DNA of 5,436 bases from IMG/VR virus record IMGVR_UViG_2663762648_000012; one strand, written 5' to 3'. This DNA comes from a virus (taxonomy: Duplodnaviria > Heunggongvirae > Uroviricota > Caudoviricetes). The position numbers were made by a program, and so were the translations under genes. Positions 1-5,436 of the stretch are shown here, one piece after another. Position 1 is the stretch's first letter. Every line of letters begins with the position of its first letter. The notes under the pieces are model-generated. The model saw only the letters and a list, made by a program, of their open reading frames with translations, was not told where the DNA came from and did no database searches.

Positions 1-181
1 CTACCAGTGCCGGTGCGGCGAAAACGTTAGAAACGAATGCGGCAGCGTCACAACAATCAGCAGCCACTTCTGCATCCACCGCGACGCCTCAAAAAGCGCG
101 GCGGCCACCAGTGCCGGTGCGGCGAAAACGTCAGAAACGAATGCTGCAAGTTTCATCGTGGGTGTCGGTTATAAATTCTGA
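1..181 (+). CDS. 3' end of an upstream ORF entering the window (partial, possibly a pseudogene or chimera): Stf-type Ala/Ser-rich repeat sequence joined to a Lom/Ail-family outer-membrane-protein C-terminus
   Basis: Reading the frame that ends at TGA 179-181 gives ...[31 protein letters not shown]-stop. The last ten residues, with terminal aromatic Phe, match the C-terminal beta-strand of lambda Lom as I recall it, and the stop-to-stf spacing (65 bp) and downstream terminator are lambda-like. However nt 1-85 are identical to stf nt 838-922 and nt 87-148 match stf 820-881 with 3 mismatches, so the body is stf-repeat sequence, not a Lom barrel. Two frames are open across 1-148, so the true frame is uncertain. 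Confidence 0.35.
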   Translation, partial: YQCRCGENVRNECGSVTTISSHFCIHRDASKSAAATSAGAAKTSETNAASFIVGVGYKF

Positions 182-207
182 TTAGCCAGGTAACACAGTG
201 TTATGAC

Positions 208-235
208 AGCCCGCCGGTTCAGGCGGGCTTTTTTG
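208..235 (+). terminator. Rho-independent terminator between the lom-like ORF end and stf
   Basis: Perfect GC-rich 8-bp stem (208-215 agcccgcc, pairing with 222-229 ggcgggct), 6-nt loop, followed by a T-run (tttttt, 229-234). Same position and near-identical sequence to the terminator downstream of lom in phage lambda (recalled). Confidence 0.7.
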
Positions 236-245
236 TGGGGTGAAT

Positions 246-3200
246 ATGGCAGTAAAGATTTCAGGTGTACTGAAAGACGGCACAGGAAAACCGGTACAGA
301 ACTGCACAATCCAGCTGAAAGCAAAACGTAACAGCACCACGGTGGTGGTGAACACGCTGGCCTCAGAAAATCCGGATGAAGCCGGGCGTTACAGCATGGA
401 CGTTGAGTACGGTCAGTACAGCGTTATTCTGTTGGTGGAAGGATTCCCGCCGTCACATGCCGGGACCATCACCGTGTATGAAGATTCCCGACCCGGTACG
501 CTGAATGATTTTCTCGGTGCCATGACGGAGGATGATGCCCGTCCGGAGGCACTGCGCCGTTTTGAGCTGATGGTGGAAGAGGTGGCGCGTAACGCGTCCG
601 CGGTGGCACAGAACACGGCAGCCGCGAAGAAATCAGCCAGCGATGCCAGCACATCAGCCCGTGAGGCGGCAACCCATGCGACTGATGCTGCAGATTCAGC
701 ACGTGCAGCCAGCACGTCAGCCGGACAGGCCGCTTCGTCGGCTCAGTCAGCGTCTTCCAGCGCAGGAACGGCATCAACAAAGGCCACTGAAGCCTCAAAA
801 AGTGCTGCCGCTGCAGAGTCCTCAAAAAGCGCGGCGGCTACCAGTGCCGGTGCGGCGAAAACGTTAGAAACGAATGCGGCAGCGTCACAACAATCAGCAG
901 CCACTTCTGCATCCACCGCGACCACGAAAGCGTCAGAAGCTGCCACCTCAGCCCGGGATGCGTCGGCTTCAAAAGAGGCGGCAAAATCATCAGAAACGAA
1001 CGCATCATCAAGCGCCAGTAGCGCAGCTTCCTCGGCGACGGCGGCTGCAAATTCTGCGAAGGCGGCCAAAACGTCCGAGACGAACGCCAGGTCTTCTGAA
1101 ACGGCAGCGGGACAGAGTGCCTCAGCTGCGGCAGGCTCAAAAACAGCGGCTGCGTCGTCTGCCAGCGCCGCGTCAACAAGTGCCGGGCAGGCCTCAGCCA
1201 GTGCCACCGCCGCCGGAAAATCGGCAGAAAGCGCCGCATCATCCGCTTCAACAGCCACAACGAAGGCTGGCGAAGCCACTGAACAGGCCAGCGCAGCAGC
1301 GAGGTCTGCTTCCGCAGCGAAGACATCCGAAACGAACGCGAAAGCGTCGGAAACCAGCGCAGAATCCTCAAAAACGGCTGCCGCATCGTCCGCCAGTTCG
1401 GCGGCGTCATCGGCATCATCGGCGTCTGCTTCAAAAGATGAGGCGACCAGACAGGCGTCAGCAGCGAGGGGCAGCGCCACGACGGCATCCACGAAGGCGA
1501 CAGAGGCTGCTGGTAGTGCGACGGCAGCAGCTCAGAGCAAAAGTACGGCGGAATCTGCAGCAACGCGCGCTGAGACAGCGGCAAAACGGGCAGAGGATAT
1601 TGCATCCGCCGTGGCGCTTGAGGATGCGAGCACGACGAAAAAGGGGATAGTACAGCTCAGTAGTGCGACTAACAGCACTTCCGAGTCACTGGCGGCAACA
1701 CCAAAAGCCGTTAAGGCCGCGTATGACCTGGCTAACGGGAAATACACCGCACAGGATGCAACGACAGCACAGAAAGGGATAATCCAGCTAAGCAGCGCGA
1801 CCAACAGCACGTCTGAAACGCTGGCGGCAACGCCAAAGGCAGTAAAAGCAGCCAATGACAATGCTGAGAAACGTCTGCAGAAAGATCAGAACGGTGCGGA
1901 TATCCCTGGCAAAGACACCTTTACGAAAAATATTGGTGCCTGCCGTGCCTTCGGTGGGTCAGTAAGCACAACAACAGGAAACTGGACGACTGCACAGTTT
2001 ATCGAGTGGCTGGATTCTCAGGGAGCATTTAACCATCCATACTGGATGTGCAAGGGTTCCTGGTCTTATGGCAATAATAAAATCATTACTGATACTGGCT
2101 GCGGTAATATTCATCTCGCCGGAGCTGTCATTGAAGTAATGGGGATAAAGTCAGCGATGACGATCCGCATTACCACTCCGACCACATCCAGCGGTGGCGG
2201 AACAACCAACGCCCAGTTTACCTATATTAATCACGGAACAGATTATTCACCTGGCTGGCGAAGGGACTATAACTCCAGAAATAAGCCAACGGCATCAGAG
2301 ATCGGGGCGCTACCGTCAGGTGGAACAGCAGTATCATCAGTTAATCTGGCTTCAAAAGGTCGGGTAGCCGCGCTGACAGACAATACGCAGGGGGCAGCAG
2401 GTCTTGAGTTATACGAGGTGTATAACAACGGATATCCAACAGCGTATGGAAATATCATTCACCTGAAAGGGATGACAGCCGTTGGCGAAGGTGAGTTACT
2501 CATCGGCTGGAGTGGTACAAGCGGTGCTCATGCTCCGGCATTTATTCGTTCACGACGGGATACGACCGACGCAAACTGGTCGCCGTGGGCGCAGCTTTAC
2601 ACCTCGGCTCATCCTCCTGCAGAGTTTTATCCAGTCGGTGCACCAATCCCGTGGCCATCAGATACCGTTCCGTCTGGCTATGCCCTGATGCAGGGGCAGG
2701 CTTTTGACAAATCTGCTTACCCGAAACTCGCAGCCGCTTATCCGTCAGGCGTGATCCCTGATATGCGTGGCTGGACGATTAAGGGCAAACCTGCCAGTGG
2801 TCGTGCCGTATTGTCTCAGGAACAGGATGGCATTAAATCGCACACCCACAGCGCCAGCGCATCCAGTACGGATTTGGGGACGAAAACCACATCGTCGTTT
2901 GATTACGGCACTAAATCCACGAATAACACCGGGGCGCATACGCACAGTCTGAGCGGCTCTACAAGTTCAGCTGGGGCCCACCAACATAGTCAGACTGGGC
3001 CCAGAACGAATAGCGGGAGTCAACCTACTGGAATGTTTCCGGCAGGGAGTACTCAAGTTAGCGGGACTAATCAGGTTGGTATCAGTGGCTCATTAACCAG
3101 TGGCACCTCCCAATGGGTAGGTAAATCATCTTCAGAAGGAAACCATACACACTCACTGTCCGGCACAGCAGCATCTGCGGGTGCACACGCGCATACTGTC

Positions 3201-3329
3201 GGTATTGGTGCTCATACGCACTCTGTTGCGATTGGTTCACATGGACACACCATCACCGTTAACGCTGCTGGTAACGCGGAAAACACCGTCAAAAACATCG
3301 CATTTAACTATATTGTGAGGCTCGCATAA
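246..3329 (+). CDS. stf: Side tail fibre protein (lambda Stf family), about 1027 aa; N-terminal lambda-like region, Ala/Ser-rich repeat shaft, duplicated [15 protein letters not shown] motif, a lower-GC central domain, and a His-rich HxH C-terminal tip
   Basis: Single long ORF from the six-frame track (240-3329). I place the start at ATG 246 ([26 protein letters not shown]..., matching the lambda Stf N-terminus) rather than the in-frame GTG at 240; a G-rich Shine-Dalgarno (gtgggg) lies just upstream. The C-terminus ...[31 protein letters not shown] matches the lambda Stf C-terminus. Stop TAA at 3327-3329. Confidence 0.95.
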   Translation: MAVKISGVLKDGTGKPVQNCTIQLKAKRNSTTVVVNTLASENPDEAGRYSMDVEYGQYSVILLVEGFPPSHAGTITVYEDSRPGTLNDFLGAMTEDDARPEALRRFELMVEEVARNASAVAQNTAAAKKSASDASTSAREAATHATDAADSARAASTSAGQAASSAQSASSSAGTASTKATEASKSAAAAESSKSAAATSAGAAKTLETNAAASQQSAATSASTATTKASEAATSARDASASKEAAKSSETNASSSASSAASSATAAANSAKAAKTSETNARSSETAAGQSASAAAGSKTAAASSASAASTSAGQASASATAAGKSAESAASSASTATTKAGEATEQASAAARSASAAKTSETNAKASETSAESSKTAAASSASSAASSASSASASKDEATRQASAARGSATTASTKATEAAGSATAAAQSKSTAESAATRAETAAKRAEDIASAVALEDASTTKKGIVQLSSATNSTSESLAATPKAVKAAYDLANGKYTAQDATTAQKGIIQLSSATNSTSETLAATPKAVKAANDNAEKRLQKDQNGADIPGKDTFTKNIGACRAFGGSVSTTTGNWTTAQFIEWLDSQGAFNHPYWMCKGSWSYGNNKIITDTGCGNIHLAGAVIEVMGIKSAMTIRITTPTTSSGGGTTNAQFTYINHGTDYSPGWRRDYNSRNKPTASEIGALPSGGTAVSSVNLASKGRVAALTDNTQGAAGLELYEVYNNGYPTAYGNIIHLKGMTAVGEGELLIGWSGTSGAHAPAFIRSRRDTTDANWSPWAQLYTSAHPPAEFYPVGAPIPWPSDTVPSGYALMQGQAFDKSAYPKLAAAYPSGVIPDMRGWTIKGKPASGRAVLSQEQDGIKSHTHSASASSTDLGTKTTSSFDYGTKSTNNTGAHTHSLSGSTSSAGAHQHSQTGPRTNSGSQPTGMFPAGSTQVSGTNQVGISGSLTSGTSQWVGKSSSEGNHTHSLSGTAASAGAHAHTVGIGAHTHSVAIGSHGHTITVNAAGNAENTVKNIAFNYIVRLA
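590..1640. repeat. Ala/Ser/Thr-rich low-complexity region of imperfect repeats inside stf (recurring AAKTSETNA-type units)
   Basis: The translated sequence is almost entirely A/S/T/K/E with repeated motifs ([48 protein letters not shown]). The DNA is GC-rich with related units such as gcgaaaacgttagaaacgaatgcg, gccaaaacgtccgagacgaacgcc and gcgaagacatccgaaacgaacgcg. This also explains the long spurious antisense ORFs here. Confidence 0.6.
1641..1721 (+). repeat. Copy 1 of a duplicated 27-codon motif ([27 protein letters not shown]) within stf
   Basis: Direct repeat with copy 2 at 1773-1853, 132 bp (44 codons) apart and in frame. The two copies are identical at 25 of 27 residues but differ at many synonymous third positions. 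Confidence 0.8.
1773..1853 (+). repeat. Copy 2 of the duplicated 27-codon motif ([27 protein letters not shown]) within stf
   Basis: See copy 1: same amino-acid motif, with divergent synonymous sites. Confidence 0.8.
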
Positions 3330-3910
3330 TGGCATTCAGAATGAGTGAACAAGCACGGACCATAAAAATTTATAACCTGCTGGCCGGAACTAATGAATTT
3401 ATTGGTGAAGGTGACGCATATATTCCGCCTCATACAGGTCTGCCTGCAAACAGTACCGATATTGCACCGCCAGATATTCCGGCTGGTTTCGTGGCTGTTT
3501 TCAACAGTGATGAGTCATCGTGGCATCTCGTTGAAGATCATCGGGGTAAAACGGTTTATGACGTGGCTTCCGGCGACGCGTTATTTATTTCTGAACTCGG
3601 CTCATTACCGGAAAATGTCACCTGGTTATCCCCGGAAGGGGAGTTTCAGAAGTGGAACGGCACAGCCTGGGTGAAGGATACGGAAGCAGAAAAACTGTTC
3701 CGGATCCGGGAGGCGGAAGAAACAAAAAACAGCCTGATGCAGGTAGCCAGTGAGCATATAGCGCCGCTTCAGGATGCTGTGGATCTGGAGATCGCAACGG
3801 AGAAAGAAACCTTGTTGCTGGAAGCTTGGAAAAAGTATCGGGTGTTGCTGAACCGTGTTGATACATCAACTGCACCGGATATTGAATGGCCAGTAGCACC
3901 TATAGGGTAA
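3329..3910 (+). CDS. tfa: Tail fibre assembly protein (lambda Tfa family chaperone), 193 aa
   Basis: ORF 3329-3910 ([54 protein letters not shown]...[10 protein letters not shown]) matches lambda Tfa as recalled, near-identical over the N-terminal part. Its ATG overlaps the stf stop in a TAATG arrangement (3327-3331), consistent with translational coupling, and gtgagg (3315-3320) provides a Shine-Dalgarno about 8 nt upstream. Stop TAA at 3908-3910. Confidence 0.93.
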   Translation: MAFRMSEQARTIKIYNLLAGTNEFIGEGDAYIPPHTGLPANSTDIAPPDIPAGFVAVFNSDESSWHLVEDHRGKTVYDVASGDALFISELGSLPENVTWLSPEGEFQKWNGTAWVKDTEAEKLFRIREAEETKNSLMQVASEHIAPLQDAVDLEIATEKETLLLEAWKKYRVLLNRVDTSTAPDIEWPVAPIG

Positions 3911-3993
3911 ATTCGTAATGATTACCTAAATACGTTATTCTTTTGTTAAAAAAGTGATTTTGCTATAGGTAGGGAGTATGTTCTTGGATTAAG

Positions 3994-4027
3994 AATAAAA
4001 AATCGCCATGAAAGAGCTTCATGGCGA
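3994..4027 (-). terminator. Candidate rho-independent terminator oriented for leftward (minus-strand) transcription
   Basis: Perfect 10-bp inverted repeat (4003-4012 tcgccatgaa, pairing with 4018-4027 ttcatggcga) with a 5-nt loop. On the minus strand the stem is followed by TTTTTTATT (complement of 3994-4002). On the plus strand no T-run follows, so it is not a good terminator for tfa. Confidence 0.4.
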
Positions 4028-4169
4028 ATACATAAACGTACAAAATGTGATGAAAGTAGAGTGGCGTAAGCCACTATATTAAGATATAACAATAGCGAAG
4101 AAAAGTAAATAACATTTTATGGACGTTTAATTTTTAATTATAAAAACTAGAGTGCCCGATATTGTTTAT

Positions 4170-4178
4170 CTTGCTTTA
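4170..4178. repeat. Left copy of the 9-bp target-site duplication (CTTGCTTTA) generated by IS1 insertion
   Basis: The 9 bp immediately left of the IS1 left end (4170-4178) are identical to the 9 bp immediately right of the IS1 right end (4947-4955). A 9-bp duplication is the characteristic IS1 size. Confidence 0.9.
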
Positions 4179-4201
4179 GGTGATGCTGCCAACTTACTGA
4201 T
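4179..4201. repeat. IS1 left terminal inverted repeat (IRL, about 23 bp)
   Basis: ggtgatgctgccaacttactgat; the reverse complement of the right end (ggtaatgactccaacttattgat) matches at 18 of 23 positions, as expected for IS1's imperfect inverted repeats. Confidence 0.85.
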
Positions 4202-4233
4202 TTAGTGTATGATGGTGTTTTTGAGGTTCTCCA

Positions 4234-4509
4234 GTGGCTTCTGTTTCTATCAGCTGTCCCTCCTGTTCAGCTACTGACGGGGTGGTGCGTAACGGCAAAA
4301 GCACCGCCGGACATCAGCGCTATCTCTGCTCTCACTGCCGTAAAACATGGCAACTGCAGTTCACTTACACCGCTTCTCAACCCGGTACGCACCAGAAAAT
4401 CATTGATATGGCCATGAATGGCGTTGGATGCCGGGCAACTGCACGCATTATGGGCGTTGGCCTCAACACGATTTTACGTCACTTAAAAAACTCAGGCCGC
4501 AGTCGGTAA
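4234..4509 (+). CDS. insA: IS1 InsA (transposition inhibitor / DNA-binding protein), 91 aa
   Basis: ORF starting at GTG 4234 ([51 protein letters not shown]...LKNSGRSR) matches IS1 InsA as recalled, including the Cys-rich zinc-finger-like N-terminus. A Shine-Dalgarno-like tgagg sits 7 nt upstream. Confidence 0.93.
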
Positions 4510-4931
4510 CCTCGCGCATACAGCCGGGCAGTGACGTCATCGTCTGCGCGGAAATGGACGAACAGTGGGGCTATGTCGGGGCTAAATCGCGCCAGCGCTG
4601 GCTGTTTTACGCGTATGACAGTCTCCGGAAGACGGTTGTTGCGCACGTATTCGGTGAACGCACTATGGCGACGCTGGGGCGTCTTATGAGCCTGCTGTCA
4701 CCCTTTGACGTGGTGATATGGATGACGGATGGCTGGCCGCTGTATGAATCCCGCCTGAAGGGAAAGCTGCACGTAATCAGCAAGCGATATACGCAGCGAA
4801 TTGAGCGGCATAACCTGAATCTGAGGCAGCACCTGGCACGGCTGGGACGGAAGTCGCTGTCGTTCTCAAAATCGGTGGAGCTGCATGACAAAGTCATCGG
4901 GCATTATCTGAACATAAAACACTATCAATAA
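4428..4931 (+). CDS. insB: IS1 InsB reading frame (catalytic part of the InsAB' transposase produced by a -1 frameshift from insA)
   Basis: ORF in the -1 frame relative to insA, overlapping its 3' end ([53 protein letters not shown]...HYLNIKHYQ), matching IS1 InsB as recalled. The coordinates are those of the ORF as computed from the first in-frame ATG; the functional product is the InsA-B' fusion. Confidence 0.9.
4485..4491 (+). other. Programmed -1 ribosomal frameshift site (A6C slippery motif) joining insA to insB
   Basis: The heptamer a-aaa-aac lies in the insA frame (LKN codons) just upstream of the insA stop, within the insA/insB overlap. This is the documented IS1 recoding site that yields InsAB' transposase. 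Confidence 0.8.
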
Positions 4932-4946
4932 GTTGGAGTCATTACC
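4924..4946. repeat. IS1 right terminal inverted repeat (IRR, about 23 bp)
   Basis: atcaataagttggagtcattacc; this is the inverted partner of IRL at 4179-4201. Confidence 0.85.
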
Positions 4947-4955
4947 CTTGCTTTA
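4947..4955. repeat. Right copy of the 9-bp target-site duplication (CTTGCTTTA)
   Basis: Identical to 4170-4178 and immediately abutting the IS1 right end. Confidence 0.9.
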
Positions 4956-5436
4956 AAATAATGTACTCAAACCAAATTTTTGAGCTAAAAGCTCAAATAA
5001 TATAAATGCAATAATAATGTTTAATAAGACAATTAGCTTGCTTTGTATTTTCATTTCGGAATACTGTTAAGTAACTTTGATGACCCTAACAATAGATCGG
5101 AATTTTCTTAGAGTCAATGGTCACTGTTTTTGCTTGCAAAGCAAATGTTTTGGTGGTTATAAGTCGTCTTAATATAGTCACGCATGCAACTTGTTCCATG
5201 CGGAGATTAAAGATTGGAATATAACGCGAAGATGGAATTAAATTACATTTGCAATAATTAATTTATTATTACTCAATAATTACCGATATTATTATTGTAA
5301 ATTAATCATTAGAGTGCAAAAAGAAATGTAACGGCAAAATAAGAGGACGATAGCTGAGAAAAAAGCGTGCTTTCCCAATCTGGGGCAAATCACGTCTGAA
5401 TGACACCTGAAAACAGGTGGTAGCCTCAAGAAGGCT

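Larger units (their letters stand above)
4179..4946 (+). mobile_element. IS1: Complete IS1-family insertion sequence (768 bp)
   Basis: Begins with the canonical IS1 left end ggtgatgctgccaacttactgat and ends with ...atcaataagttggagtcattacc. It contains insA and the overlapping -1 frame insB with an A6C slippery site, and its length is exactly 768 bp between perfect 9-bp direct repeats. Confidence 0.97.

Noticed and set aside
240-245. GTG at 240 as the stf start (the ORF-track protein begins MNMAVK)
   Set aside because: The ATG at 246 gives the N-terminus MAVKISGVL, matching lambda Stf, and has a better-spaced Shine-Dalgarno. GTG 240 abuts the terminator T-run.
1-925. Diversity-generating retroelement (template/variable repeat pair) suggested by the near-identical stf repeat copies at 1-148 and 820-922
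   Set aside because: No reverse transcriptase gene is present. The mismatches between copies are C/T and T/G changes, not adenine-specific substitutions. The repeat is in the fibre shaft, not the receptor-binding tip.
413-1861. Long minus-strand and alternative-frame ORFs from the track (413-715, 469-825, 643-867, 743-1492, 838-1605, 874-1650, 1532-1861)
   Set aside because: All lie inside the GC-rich Ala/Ser-repeat part of stf. Their translations are low-complexity (Ala/Asp/Phe runs or Arg/Pro/Gln-rich) and they overlap a gene with strong homology support. Long stop-free antisense frames are expected in GCN-codon repeat DNA.
2267-2952. Short ORFs 2267-2458(-), 2482-2688(+), 2745-2945(-), 2767-2952(+)
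   Set aside because: They are embedded in the stf coding frame, have no ribosome-binding site or homology, and are of a length expected by chance.
3393-3899. ORFs 3393-3674(+) and 3618-3899(-) inside tfa
   Set aside because: They are alternative frames of the well-supported tfa gene, and their translations show no recognisable features.
4008-4082. 24-codon ORF (MKELHGEYINVQNVMKVEWRKPLY) starting inside the hairpin
   Set aside because: It has no Shine-Dalgarno, its start codon would be sequestered in a 10-bp stem, and there is nothing to compare it with. Most likely chance.
3329-4178. Invertible host-range segment (Gin/Pin/Cin-type shufflon with inverted tfa and stf C-terminus copies)
   Set aside because: There is no invertase gene, no inverted second copy of tfa or of the stf 3' end, and no roughly 26-bp crossover-site inverted repeats. 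The DNA after tfa is non-coding and then IS1.
4205-4897. ORFs 4205-4417(+) and 4607-4897(-) within IS1
   Set aside because: They overlap insA/insB in other frames or on the opposite strand. Only insA and insB (InsAB') are established functional IS1 products.
5134-5162. Sigma70-like promoter (TTGCAA, 17-bp spacer, TTATAA) on the plus strand, and a strong Shine-Dalgarno-like AAGAGGA at 5341-5347
   Set aside because: Such matches are common by chance in AT-rich DNA. No usable start codon follows the AAGAGGA at proper spacing, and no ORF follows within the window.
5286-5436. Two minus-strand frames stop-free for about 50 codons running in from the right edge of the window
   Set aside because: Both translations are Phe/Leu/Cys-rich with no recognisable motif. 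The window ends before any start could be seen, so I cannot distinguish a real gene 3' end from chance.
1-5436. CRISPR array, tRNA/tmRNA gene or integrase-associated att site
   Set aside because: There are no regularly spaced direct repeats with unique spacers. No GC-rich cloverleaf-like segment is present in the AT-rich flanks. The only exact direct repeats are the IS1 target-site duplication and the stf internal repeats.

Overview
This window is the distal end of a lambda-like prophage late (tail) region, interrupted downstream by an IS1 insertion. In order: the 3' end of an upstream ORF that finishes with a Lom/Ail-type C-terminus (1-181), a rho-independent terminator (208-235), a complete side tail fibre gene stf (246-3329), an overlapping tail fibre assembly gene tfa (3329-3910), about 270 bp of AT-rich non-coding DNA, a complete 768-bp IS1 (4179-4946; insA, insB, A6C frameshift site, imperfect 23-bp terminal inverted repeats) flanked by a perfect 9-bp target-site duplication, and about 490 bp of AT-rich DNA with no convincing ORF. 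I found no CRISPR array, tRNA/rRNA or recognisable defence or toxin system, and I do not think the sequence supports a claim of a novel system. The observations most worth a second look are an stf-repeat::lom-tail chimeric junction at the very start of the window, the mosaic three-part architecture of Stf, and an orphan leftward terminator next to the IS1. All homology statements come from recall of lambda Lom/Stf/Tfa and IS1 sequences; no database search was possible.
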